A stretch of DNA of 64,000 nucleotides from Terriglobia bacterium (lineage in GTDB: Bacteria > Acidobacteriota > Terriglobia > Acidiferrales > UBA7541). The position numbers were made by a program, and so were the translations under genes. Shown one piece after another: positions 8,950-19,600 of the stretch (the first letter of the stretch is position 1; every line of letters begins with the position of its first letter). The notes beneath the pieces were generated by a model. It did not search any database, had not been told where the DNA came from, and worked only from the letters and a program-made list of their open reading frames with translations. Where the stretch lies: the NCBI GenBank assembly GCA_963695545.1, contig OY968796.1:2144001-2208000 (forward strand), written 5' to 3'.

Positions 8950-9669
8950 TCAAGGCTGCGTGATATAAAGCGGGCGATCGAGAACCAGTTCAATCCTGGT
9001 TCCCTTCGGCATTTCGATTTCCTGGGCGTAGTGCCGGGACGCGAGAAACGCGATCGCTCCACCGGCGATGGCGCCTTCGGCAACGCCTCTACCGCCTCCG
9101 GCTGCGCCGCCGACTGCGGCTCCCACCGCAGCGCCCGCGGCTGAAACTTCGGCTTGGCGCGCTGCCGAACTATGAACCGCCTCGACTTCTCCTTCTTTGC
9201 CCGGGCCGGGCCTCACATTGCCATCGTCCGGAACGCTGCTGACTTCAGCGACGATCGGCTCGCGCCCGCCGGGCGCGTGAATGTCGTCGAACGTGAGCCA
9301 GAGGCGCGCGCGTCCAGTGACGGAGGCGGACTCGACGCGGCTGATATGTCCGGTGATCTTGCTGCCGGGCGGCAGGACGCTGCCTCCGCTCGTCTCAAGC
9401 GGCTCGATGATCGTAACCGTGAATTTTCGGCCGGGCGCGTCCTTGCCGGTGTTCAGCGCGTCGTTCAAGCGCACCAGGAAATGAGTGCCGTCAGGCACCG
9501 CGTCGCTGGCATTGAGCGCGGCCGGTTCTTGCGGCGCGGGCGATGCGGATGCATTCGATTGCGGCTCCGCGGCAGGTGTGGTTTGGGGCGCGTTCTGTGC
9601 GCCGGCCGCCAAAACGGCGAATGATACCGCACTCAACAACGCGCAACCCGATAAAAGGAAGCGATTCAT
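8950..9669 (-). CDS. Secreted TrbI/VirB10-like domain protein (paralog of 2032..2913)
   Basis: Signal peptide; VPDGTHFLVRL, LPPGSKITGHI, glycine zipper, MPKGTRIELVL. Confidence 0.72.
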   Translation of the reverse strand: MNRFLLSGCALLSAVSFAVLAAGAQNAPQTTPAAEPQSNASASPAPQEPAALNASDAVPDGTHFLVRLNDALNTGKDAPGRKFTVTIIEPLETSGGSVLPPGSKITGHISRVESASVTGRARLWLTFDDIHAPGGREPIVAEVSSVPDDGNVRPGPGKEGEVEAVHSSAARQAEVSAAGAAVGAAVGGAAGGGRGVAEGAIAGGAIAFLASRHYAQEIEMPKGTRIELVLDRPLYITQP

Positions 9670-10065
9670 AAAATCTCCTCACGCTTGCGAGAGGCGCCGT
9701 ACCCACGTGCTCGCCAAAAGCATCTCATGTGAGTCCTGAGTCGCGAGCGAGGGTCGACGCGATATTCAGGCTCAGATGTTGGAACCGAAAATAAGGTGGC
9801 CTGTAGTCAAAGTTTCGATTACGCCGCTGCAGTCTGGGGTTTTCAGCCGGCCCTCGGCTACATTATAATGCTGCTGCATTTGGGCCTGCGTATCGGGGTG
9901 TTTCTGGGGGAGGCGCCCGCGGGGCGCCTGAGGACGAATCGCAAGTTTCACGCAACAGACGCATGCGGCGGAATTCAGCCTCATGGATTCCTCGGAAGTG
10001 TGTTCCCCCCAATGTAGTCACTATAGATAATTGTTACCCATGTGGCGTGCAGGGTGGAGGCAACG

Positions 10066-12159
10066 ATGAGATTGTCGAAAATGTGGTGGCGAGCCGCAAG
10101 TTTGCTCGCGCTTGGCGCGATGTTCATGTCGTACGCGCCGGCCAGAGCCGCCGGTGATCCGAATTCGAGCGACAGCGCAGATTCCAAAAGCGCGGCCAGC
10201 AGCGCCAGCGCGAACGCCGGCGCGGCGGCATCGCCATCTGCGGCGCCGGCAGCGCCAGACAGCAACGCAGCGGCTGCTGCTGCACCGGCTCCGGCATCGA
10301 CTCCAGCCGCGGCTTCACCCGCGCCCGCAGCTTCGCCTGCGCCGGTGATGGCGGGAACGGCGTCGACAAGCGAGCTGTCGGTGGATAACTTCGGATTGGT
10401 TCCGACGACCGGCGGCGGACTCGGATTGTTCACGGTGGCGAGCGGAAATGTTTTGCCCAGACACGGCTGGTCGGTCGCAGGTTACGCGGACCGGTTCGGC
10501 CGAATGCCGGGAAGCTTGGTGATTACCGATTACGGATTGAACATCGGATTTGGGCTGACGAGCTGGGCCGAGCTTTACGTGAACGACATCCCCGACGCGC
10601 ATATTCACGCGGGAGCGCCGGGGGAGATCACGCCTCTCACGGCTACGGGTTTCAACACTACGCACGCCGTTTATTCCGAGGATTATCCCTTTGCTTCGCA
10701 CATAGAAGGCGGTGAAGGCCCGTTCACGCTGGGCGTGAGATTCGGAATTGCTTCCGAGGATCGCGGCGATCCGGTCAGCGTGTCGCTGAATGCGGACGTA
10801 GACATTTCATCCCGCTTGGATTTCGCGGTACTGGAGCGTTCCGGGACGCAGAACGGGAAAGCGAATCCGGAATTTGGGGTGTCGGTCAGCAAAAATGTGA
10901 ACAACATAATCGCACTGGATTTCGACGCCACGATCGATCTTGTCCGAACTCCGAGTCTATTCGGAGGAGCGCTGCTCGAGCAGGCCAAGACATTTACGGT
11001 GGGCGGCGGATTTCTGCTTTTCCCGCACCGACGCATTCAGGTGATCAGTGAATACACCGGCGAAATGTATTACGGGCATTCGACTCCCACGGAAACATTC
11101 GGGCCCCGCGATCCGATGGACGGCATATGGGGCTTGCGGCTTTTCCCGGTGCAGGAACTGGCGATCGATCTGGGTTACCGCTACATGCTGAATCTTCCCA
11201 ACCTGCAGGACCGCAACGGATTCGTGGTCAAGTTCTCCACGGTTTACGCGCCGCATAAAGCGGCGCCTGTGGATCATCCGCCGACGGTTGCGTGCACGGC
11301 GGACCCGACGTCTGTCTATTTCGGATCGAACGATACCTCGGCGGTGAACTGCCCGGCGACATCTCCCGACAACGATACGCTTACCTACAACTGGACCACG
11401 ACTTGCGGCGGCGTGGACGGCACGGGGCCGGCGGTGCACTGGCTATCGGCCGGAGTGCCGATCGGAACGTGCACGGTTACCGTGCACGTGGATGATGGTC
11501 ATGGCGGCGCGGCTACCGGCAGCGCGGCGATTCAAGTGGTTGCCAAGCCGACTCACCCGCCGGTGATGTCGTGTTCGGCCGATCGCAGCACAGTGTTTAT
11601 CGGCGAGCGCGTGCACATCACAGCGGATGCCAGCTCTCCCGATGGCGATACGCTGACCTTCGCGTGGCAGACAAACGGCGGCACAATCATCGGCACAGGT
11701 TCAGCCGTGGATCTTGATACCACGGGCGCGGCCGCCGGCAATTACACGGTCACCGGACGCGTGGACGACGGGCACGGGGGCGCGGCGGATTGCTCGGTTG
11801 CGGTCGCCGTGAATGCTCCGCCACCGCCTCCGCAGGCGAGCAAGATCAGCGAATGTTTGTTCGCGCCGGCAGGTTCGCCGCGCGTAGACAACGTTTGCAA
11901 GCGCATCCTGGACGACGTGGCCCTGCGGCTGCAGAACGATCCGCATGGCTCGGCGGTGATCGTGGGCTACGCCGATCCGAAGGAGATGCATCCCGACAAG
12001 CTGGCTTTGCTGCGGGCGCAAAACGCCGTCAAATACCTGGGTGAGAAGGGTATCGACGCCTCGCGTATCACTACGCGCGGCGGCGCAGGCGAAGCGGGCG
12101 GAGGAAAAGAAAACCGGCGCATCGACATTATCTGGGTGCCGGAAGGCGCGACGTACTGA
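10066..12159 (+). CDS. OmpA-family outer membrane protein with two Ig/PKD-like repeats
   Basis: Signal peptide; beta-barrel-like region; duplicated HPP..C.AD...VDDGHGGAA repeats; C-terminal OmpA domain (RAQNAVKYL, NRRIDI). Confidence 0.85.
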   Translation: MRLSKMWWRAASLLALGAMFMSYAPARAAGDPNSSDSADSKSAASSASANAGAAASPSAAPAAPDSNAAAAAAPAPASTPAAASPAPAASPAPVMAGTASTSELSVDNFGLVPTTGGGLGLFTVASGNVLPRHGWSVAGYADRFGRMPGSLVITDYGLNIGFGLTSWAELYVNDIPDAHIHAGAPGEITPLTATGFNTTHAVYSEDYPFASHIEGGEGPFTLGVRFGIASEDRGDPVSVSLNADVDISSRLDFAVLERSGTQNGKANPEFGVSVSKNVNNIIALDFDATIDLVRTPSLFGGALLEQAKTFTVGGGFLLFPHRRIQVISEYTGEMYYGHSTPTETFGPRDPMDGIWGLRLFPVQELAIDLGYRYMLNLPNLQDRNGFVVKFSTVYAPHKAAPVDHPPTVACTADPTSVYFGSNDTSAVNCPATSPDNDTLTYNWTTTCGGVDGTGPAVHWLSAGVPIGTCTVTVHVDDGHGGAATGSAAIQVVAKPTHPPVMSCSADRSTVFIGERVHITADASSPDGDTLTFAWQTNGGTIIGTGSAVDLDTTGAAAGNYTVTGRVDDGHGGAADCSVAVAVNAPPPPPQASKISECLFAPAGSPRVDNVCKRILDDVALRLQNDPHGSAVIVGYADPKEMHPDKLALLRAQNAVKYLGEKGIDASRITTRGGAGEAGGGKENRRIDIIWVPEGATY

Positions 12160-12187
12160 GGCGCTGAGGAAGAATTGTTCAACCAGC

Positions 12188-12237
12188 TTCGGGCTCCGCT
12201 TCGGCGTGAAACGGCCGGCGCGGGGCCCGAATTTTTT
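12188..12237 (+). terminator. Rho-independent terminator after the OmpA-family gene
   Basis: ttcgggctccgc pairs with gcggggcccgaa (one G-U), followed by T6. Confidence 0.6.
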
Positions 12238-12329
12238 CTGGGGCGATTGCGATTGCCGGCCCGAATTTTCTGTCCCAGGAACCCGAAACTCGCGGCGCTG
12301 CTTGTTTCGCCCATCGCCTGCAACCTAGA

Positions 12330-14483
12330 ATGAAATCTTCAACAATGAAGACGCTAATTTTCGCCGCGCTGTGCTTCGGAGGTCTCCTCGCTGCGGCGTC
12401 TGCCGAGGCGCAAGTGTTGCGGCCGCTGGGTCCCGAGGGCGGTGACGTTATGTCGCTGGGCCAGGATCGGGAAAATCCGCGGAACCTGTATTTGGGCACG
12501 GCGGACGGTCACATTTTCGGATCCAATGACGGCGGCGAGCATTGGGAATTGCTCGGGCGAACGGGACCGCGTCCAGATTCGGTGGTGACGGCAATTCTGG
12601 TGGATCCGCGCAATGCTCGTGTGATCTACGCGTCGACCTGGGCGCGCGAGCCGGGCGCGGGCGGCGGCGTTTTCCGCAGCGCGGACGGAGGGCGGACCTG
12701 GAGTTCGGCGGGCCTGGTGGGCCAAGACGTTCGCGCGCTGGTGATCGCGCAATCTTCGTCAAACACTACGCCCGCGGCAACAAGCAATGCGGCGGCCGAT
12801 CCGGCGCACGATGACACGCTGATTGCCGGAACGCTCGACGGAGTCTTCCGCTCGCGTGACTCGGGCAACACCTGGAAGCGAATTTCTCCTGAAGGCGATC
12901 CCGAACTGCGCAATCTTGACTCGCTCGCCGTGGACCCGGCTAACGGCGACGTAATCTACGCGGGTACGTTTCACCTGCCCTGGAAGACCACCGATGGCGG
13001 CTTGAACTGGACCTCGATTCATACGGGCATGATCGACGATTCCGACGTGATGAGCATTTTGGTGGATGGCGCGATCGAAGGACGCATTTACGCAAGCGCC
13101 TGCTCGGGAATCTATCGCAGCGATTCGGGCGGCGCGATTTGGCAGAAAGTGCAGGGCATTCCGTACACCGCGCGGCGCACGGTGGAAATTCTGCAGGACC
13201 CTACGCGGCCGGAAATTGTATTCGCCGCGACGACCGAAGGATTGTGGAAAACCACGGACGCTGGATCGACGTGGCAGCGAATCACCCCAGCCGATTGGTC
13301 GGTGACGGCGATGGTTTTAAGAGCGGGCGCGCCGGATCGCGTGGTGATCGGCGTGGAGCAGCACGGCGTGCTGGCGAGCGACGATGGCGGCGCGAATTTC
13401 CACGAAGCCAACGGCGGTTTTATTCACCACGAGATATGGGGCGCGGTGGCCGACGCGACGCACCCGGGCCACTTTCTGGTTGCGCTGGCCAACGTGACAG
13501 ATTTTCTTCTGACCACCGACGACGCGGGGCGCACTTGGCACACCATGGGACAGGAACCGGCGCCAGGAACGCTGAGAGGAATTTACTCGTCGCCGGATGG
13601 CTGGTGGGCCGCGCTCGGTACCGGCGGCCTTTTGCATTACGACGAAACGAAGCCGGCATGGCTGCGAACGGGGAACATCGCGGTGTCGGTCGCGCCGAAG
13701 CCGCCGAGGCGAGGCTCTGCGAGCGGACTCGCCGCCGGAGCGAAGCCGGAGCTGCGCGTCGTACCTCCGCGCTCTGGCGCGCCGTTCGACGAGTACGTGA
13801 CCGACATGGCCTTCGCCGCGACCAAATGGTACGCCGCGACGGAGGAGGGCTTGTACGGCTCGACCGATTACGGCGCGACGTGGAGCGCCGTGCACATTGG
13901 CGCGCTGGTGAAGCTAGGGATTCAATCGGTGCGCGTCTCCCAGGATGGCAAATCGCTGTGGATCGCTTCGCTTGTTTCCATCGCTCATTCCGCGGATGGA
14001 GGCGCGACCTGGAAATGGATCGATTTGCCACGCACGCTCGGCGTCTTCGGCGTCATCGAGCGACTGGAAGTGTCTGAGAACCACGCGGTCGATCCGAGCG
14101 ATGCGACGCCGATTCTTCTGGTGGAAACCGACGCGGGACTTTTTATCTCACGCGATGCGGGAACCACTTGGGGCGCGCCCGGGCACGGCTTGCCCGAGAC
14201 GCCGGTCCGAGATCTGGCGACGGCAGGCCCAACTTTTCTTGCGGCCATGGATCTTGGAGGACTCTACGTGTCGCGCGACTCGGGCCTGACCTGGGAACGG
14301 CTCGAGGGCGGGATGGCGGAGGGCTATTTCTCGTCAGTCTTCGCTGGGCCAGCACTGCCGGGGGAATCGCCGGACGCGGTTACCGGCCTGGCCTTTTACG
14401 CCGCCTCGGCCACCGAGGGGCTGTACGCGATCGAGATCGGACCAGTACCGGCTTTGGAGCCGCTAGGTGACACCAAGCATTAG
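12330..14483 (+). CDS. Secreted BNR/Asp-box repeat beta-propeller protein (YCF48/VPS10-like)
   Basis: Signal peptide and many S/T-x-D-G-G-x-T/S-W Asp-box repeats. Confidence 0.85.
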   Translation: MKSSTMKTLIFAALCFGGLLAAASAEAQVLRPLGPEGGDVMSLGQDRENPRNLYLGTADGHIFGSNDGGEHWELLGRTGPRPDSVVTAILVDPRNARVIYASTWAREPGAGGGVFRSADGGRTWSSAGLVGQDVRALVIAQSSSNTTPAATSNAAADPAHDDTLIAGTLDGVFRSRDSGNTWKRISPEGDPELRNLDSLAVDPANGDVIYAGTFHLPWKTTDGGLNWTSIHTGMIDDSDVMSILVDGAIEGRIYASACSGIYRSDSGGAIWQKVQGIPYTARRTVEILQDPTRPEIVFAATTEGLWKTTDAGSTWQRITPADWSVTAMVLRAGAPDRVVIGVEQHGVLASDDGGANFHEANGGFIHHEIWGAVADATHPGHFLVALANVTDFLLTTDDAGRTWHTMGQEPAPGTLRGIYSSPDGWWAALGTGGLLHYDETKPAWLRTGNIAVSVAPKPPRRGSASGLAAGAKPELRVVPPRSGAPFDEYVTDMAFAATKWYAATEEGLYGSTDYGATWSAVHIGALVKLGIQSVRVSQDGKSLWIASLVSIAHSADGGATWKWIDLPRTLGVFGVIERLEVSENHAVDPSDATPILLVETDAGLFISRDAGTTWGAPGHGLPETPVRDLATAGPTFLAAMDLGGLYVSRDSGLTWERLEGGMAEGYFSSVFAGPALPGESPDAVTGLAFYAASATEGLYAIEIGPVPALEPLGDTKH

Positions 14484-14761
14484 GCTCCTGGTTTGCTAGA
14501 ATTTTTGCGGCGGCGACGCGCTTTGGCGCCCGAACCATGCGAAATGCGCGCGGGCAGATCACGAAATTCCCATTTCGAGCGCGGGCGCGTTCCCATTCTT
14601 GTAAATACCTGCTTTTTCAGCACTTTCGAAGTGATAAGAAGACACTTAACGCCTTAGTTCCTGCCGTTCTTCCCGTCACGGGAAAATGCTGGCGCGAGAG
14701 ATAGTTCACGATTCTGTCAATAAGTCCTTTATTTTTCGCAGATGCGGGAAGGGGCCCGAAA

Positions 14762-14777
14762 TGGCACTGCCCTTGCT
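14762..14777 (+). promoter_or_regulatory. Sigma-54 -24/-12 promoter
   Basis: TGGCACTGCCCTTGCT, near-perfect consensus, ~30 nt upstream of ATG 14806. Confidence 0.8.
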
Positions 14778-14805
14778 TTATGTTTCAGTACAGGGGGAAC
14801 TACTG

Positions 14806-16197
14806 ATGGGAACTGTAGCGCGCGCGGAAGCACAAGGAACCAAGACTGTACCGTTGAGTATGCTGGTCGTGGATGACGAGGTGGTGACACGCAGTTTGTG
14901 CGCCGAGGTTGCGGCGCAAGCCGGCCTGGAGGTTCGCTCGTCGGAGACGACCGAGCAGGCGCTCGAAATTCTCGAGCAGTATCCCGTGGATATTCTGGTC
15001 ACCGACCTGAAGGTGCCGCAACTCGGCGGGATCGATCTCCTCAAACGCGTCAAGGCCACATATCCGCAGATCGCCGTGATGGTGCTGACGCAATACGGCA
15101 CGATCGAGACGGCGGTGGAGGCCACGCGTCTGGGCGCGCTCGATTACGTCACGAAACCGTTTCACGTCGAGGACTTCCGGACCAAAATCGAACGCGTGGT
15201 GCGGTCGATCGAACGGGATCAGGAAAATCGCATTATGCGCGAGGAGTTGCGCAGCCGGCCCGGCTTCGGTGGATTGATCGGCATGGCTCCGAAGATGCAG
15301 CGCGTCTACAAATTGATCGAGAAGGTCTCGCAGCACGTCTATCCCGTGCTGATACTGGGAGAGAGCGGCACCGGGAAAGAGCTGGTGGCGCGCTCGATCC
15401 ATTTTTCGGGACCTCGCCGCGCCCGGCCCTTCGTGCCCGTGGATTGCTCGGCGCTCGTGCCCACGCTGATTGAATCGGAACTATTCGGCTACGTGAAGGG
15501 CGCCTTTACCGGCGCGCAGCACTCAAAGCAAGGGCTGCTCGAAGCCGCCGGCGACGGCACGCTTTTCCTCGACGAGATCGGCGACCTGCCCGTGGACTTG
15601 CAGGCCAAACTGCTTCGCGCGTTGCAGGAGCGCGAGATCAAGCCCGTCGGCGCGACCGAACGCGTGGCCATTCGCGCCCGCGTGATCGCCGCCACCAACC
15701 GCGACCTTGAGGGCGCAGTGCGCGCCGGCACTTTCCGCCAGGACCTCTATTTCCGCTTGAATGTGGTGCAGATCAAACTGCCGCCGCTGCGCGAGCGCAA
15801 GAGCGACGTTCCCATGCTGGTCAGCACGTTTCTCGAGAAATTCAGCGACTCGAAATCGTCCGTGCGTACGATTGCGGAAGACGCCATGCGCCGCTTGATG
15901 ACCTACGATTGGCCCGGCAACGTGCGCGAGCTTGAAAACGCCGTGGAGCGCGCCGTGGCACTGGGCTCGGGACCGATTCTGCATGTGGGCGACCTGCCGT
16001 CGAATTTGCAGTACGCCCAACCCGAGCGGCTTCAAGAACAGAATGAGCTGGTTCCGCTCGAAGAGCTGGAGCGCCGCGCCATCTTCAATGCCCTGCGCGA
16101 AACCAGCGGCGACAAGCTGGCCGCCGCGCGCCTGCTGGGAATCGGCAAGACCACTCTCTACCGCAAACTAAAGCAATACGAAACCGTGCAGTCGTAG
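14806..16197 (+). CDS. Sigma-54-dependent response regulator (AtoC/ZraR-like)
   Basis: REC (LVVDDE), GESGTGKE, GAFTGA, WPGNVRELEN, HTH (LGIGKTTLYRKL). Confidence 0.93.
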   Translation: MGTVARAEAQGTKTVPLSMLVVDDEVVTRSLCAEVAAQAGLEVRSSETTEQALEILEQYPVDILVTDLKVPQLGGIDLLKRVKATYPQIAVMVLTQYGTIETAVEATRLGALDYVTKPFHVEDFRTKIERVVRSIERDQENRIMREELRSRPGFGGLIGMAPKMQRVYKLIEKVSQHVYPVLILGESGTGKELVARSIHFSGPRRARPFVPVDCSALVPTLIESELFGYVKGAFTGAQHSKQGLLEAAGDGTLFLDEIGDLPVDLQAKLLRALQEREIKPVGATERVAIRARVIAATNRDLEGAVRAGTFRQDLYFRLNVVQIKLPPLRERKSDVPMLVSTFLEKFSDSKSSVRTIAEDAMRRLMTYDWPGNVRELENAVERAVALGSGPILHVGDLPSNLQYAQPERLQEQNELVPLEELERRAIFNALRETSGDKLAAARLLGIGKTTLYRKLKQYETVQS

Positions 16198-16460
16198 CGT
16201 CACGCAACGCTCGCCGCACACTCCGTCCGGCCGGGCGGTGAGCGCGCGTTTGGCGTGCGCAACTTGGCCTTCAAGCATCACGCGTCTTGCTTTTTCTTTC
16301 TTCGCGGCGGATTTCTCTTCGATCGTTCCCCACACAGGAATGGGAAGCCGGTATGGCTATCGTGTCGAACTGGGAATTCGCCTGAGTTCCACCTGCCGCC
16401 TACTCTTCCGATCTTCTTGATTGCGGGACACTTACTCTCCGCGCGGCGTTGGCGACCGCG

Positions 16461-16643
16461 ATGCATGGACACTACCTGCATGGCCATTTTCGGGGGACGA
16501 TTATCGTGATCTCGGATCGAAGGCCGCTCCACTGGTATCGCGGCGTGCGGCGTGCGCGTTTCATCACACGCGGTATCGAAATCGCGGCGTTCATCGGTGC
16601 GGCCGCACTGCTGAGTTTCCTGGTTCTTCAGCCGCGCTGGTAG
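16461..16643 (+). CDS. Putative small single-TM protein (60 aa)
   Basis: MHGHYLHGHF...; C-terminal hydrophobic helix IAAFIGAAALLSFLVL; stops 11 nt before the kinase ATG. Confidence 0.4.
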   Translation: MHGHYLHGHFRGTIIVISDRRPLHWYRGVRRARFITRGIEIAAFIGAAALLSFLVLQPRW

Positions 16644-16654
16644 CGGCGCACCCT

Positions 16655-19600
16655 ATGACGGTCAATTTATGGAGACGCATTTGGCGCGCCGGCGCGGCGG
16701 GCCACGTGAGCGCCTGGAGATCGCCGCCTGGGCGCGGCGTTGCCGGCGCCGCCGCGCGCGGCGAACCGGTCGAAACGTTGCTTGAACTCGCGGCGCAATC
16801 GCTGCTGGTGGCGAGCAAGGCGCGGCGCGCCGGGGTCTGGCTTCTGAAAGAACAAGAGAAACAATCGGACGACGTCCGGGTGCGGGGCCGCGTCGTGGAC
16901 CGTTCCGGTATTCCCGCGCCGGAAGAATGGAACCGGCTGGACCTGCCGGCTCCTTTCCTGGGCACGTTGCTCCGCAGCAAGGAACCGTTGATCGTCGCCA
17001 TGGATCGCGAAGCATCGAATTCAACCGCTTCGTTTCCACCCGCTGGGCCGTATGCCGGCGCGAAGCGCGTGGTGTGGATTCCGCTGCGCGTGCAGGACAC
17101 GCCGCTGGGGCTCGGGATGGTCGCGGACAGCCGCCACCGCTCCCTCGCGAACACAACCGCTCTTCGCGCCATCGCCGAAGAGTTGTCGCTCGCGCTCGCG
17201 CTGCGGCACGAGCGAGCGCGCAGGTCGGCAGCCGACGCGGAACTCGACACACACGCGCGACTCGAACGCTCGGTACAAAGAGGAGTCGCGGCGGACACCG
17301 TCCTGGCCGAGATTGCGCAGGCCGTTGAGCGCGCGACCGGAGCGGAATTTGTGGCCATCGGGCGGAGCAGTTCGCCCGTCGGCGCGAGCGCAGGCTGGGC
17401 CGGCGCGCCTCGTTGGCGCGTGTTGCTGATGCAGGAGCCCTTGCGGCAACTGTGGGTAACCGCGCTCGAAGAGGGAAGAATCGTCGAGGCGGAAGCCGAA
17501 TCGCTGCGCTGGCGCCGTCGCGACTGGCAATCGCTTCCGGAGCCCGCGGAAAATCCGGACAGCGGCGTGGCGCGCGTGGTGACGCTGCCGCTCGTGGCGA
17601 ACGGCGCACCACTCGGAATCTTGATGGCCGGCCTGGGAACGGGCGCGCTCGGAGACGATGTCGCGAAGCGTCTCGAGGCCTATGCAGCGCTGGCGACCAT
17701 GGCGCTTGACCGCGAGGCGTCGCTCGGGCAAACCGCCGTCCTGTCCGCCACCGTGCATCACTGGCTCGAGACCACGCCCGAGCGCTTGCTGCTCGTGGAC
17801 GCAGCCGGACGCATTACCCAGGCGAGCCGCGTAGCGCGCGGCGCGCTGCGTCTGGGGCTCGCGCTTGCGCCGGACGCGCGTCTGGAAAACCTGTTCGTCG
17901 AAGGCGCGGGGCGCGCGGTCGTCGAGTGGCTTGACGATCTGACCGCGAACCGCCTCGATCGCCATACCGCAATGCCCTCTGCAAATAATTCGTTTCCGCC
18001 CGTGCCGCCGGATCGCGCGATGGCGCCGATTCCGCCCGGCCGCGATTCCGCTGCCCCGCTGCTCGATGCGCTGCTGCGCGTGGGTTCGCCCGTGCGCTTG
18101 AGTGTGCGCGCTCATTTTCCCGGGGCGCGGCCCTCGGCGCACTTCTGGCTCGTGGCGCTGGAGGAATTGCATGTCCCGGTGCCCTCGGTCGTCGAGCAGG
18201 ATCGCGCCGCGTCGGAACTGAGCGGACTGCTCGATTCGCTCGATAGCGGCGTGCTGGTGTTCGATGCTTCTGGCCGAATCCGGGCCGCGAACGACCGTTT
18301 CGCGCAAATGATGGGACTCGACGCCCGCGCGACGCGTGAGCTGGGTGGGTTCGAGAACCTTCTCGAATCGCTGTCGCCGCGCTTCGCGCGTCCCGCGGAG
18401 TTTGCCGCGCGCTGGCGCGAGCGGACCGCGAGCGCGGACGAAGCCGCCTGGGACGAAATCGAGCTCGAGCGGCCGGTGCGGAAAATTGTGGAGCGCTTCG
18501 TGCGCCCGGTGCGCGACGCTCACGGCCGCCGTCTCGGCTGGATTGAGGTCTATCGCGACATCACCAGCCAGCGCCTGATTCAATCGAAGCTCCTGCAATC
18601 CGAAAAAATGGCCGCGCTGGGCCAGTTGGTTTCCGGCATCGCGCACGAACTGAACAATCCGCTCACGAGCATCCAGGGCTATGCCCAATTGTTACTCAGC
18701 CGCCGGCCGGGCCCGGATCAACTGGCCGACGCCAAACGCATCTGCCAGGAAGCCGAGCGCGCCGCACACATCGTCAAGAACCTGCTGCTGTTTGCGCGCG
18801 AAGCTAAGCCGGAGCGCAGCTCGGTAGACATGAACGAAGTCGTCGAGCGCACTCTGGCGCTGCGCAGTTACGAAATGAGAGTCGAGAATATTCAGGCCGA
18901 GGTCGATCTCGATCCGCTCTTGCCCGCGATTCTCGCCGACGCCAGCCAGATGTTACAGGTTGTCCTGAATCTGGTGATCAACGCCGAGCAGGCGCTCGCG
19001 GGCCACGCGCTCGATCCGGATCGCGCAGGCGGGGATGAGAAACGCGGCCATGGCCGCATTCGCATTCGCACGCGCCGCGTTTCCGAGCAGAAGCTGGCGC
19101 TCGAGGTTTCCGACGACGGGCCCGGAATTCCTCCCGAGGCCATCTCGCGGATCTTCGATCCATTTTTCACGACCAAGCCCGTCGGCGTAGGCACGGGGCT
19201 CGGACTTTCCATCGTGTACGGCATCGTGCGCGAGCATGGCGGCGAAGTCACGGTCGAGAGCAAACGCGGCCACGGCGCAACGTTCGTTGTCGAACTTTCG
19301 GTGCTCGCCGCATCGGAGATTGCGCTGCAAGGCGTCTTGCCCGGCACGTTGTCGAGGCCGCAGATGGATGCAGCGCCTCTCGCGCGCGCCCCGCTTGCAG
19401 CGTCGTCTTCGGCCCGAGCCCACAAGAGCGGCGCGCGCGCCGAACGCATCCTGGTCGTCGAGGATGAGCCGACCGTGGCGCAATTGATCTCCGACGTGCT
19501 TGCCGACGAAGGCTATCGCGTGGATAAGCTGCTCGATAGCCGCGAAGCGATGGACCGCGTGCGCGCGCAGGACTACGACCTGGTGGTGTGCGACCTTAAA

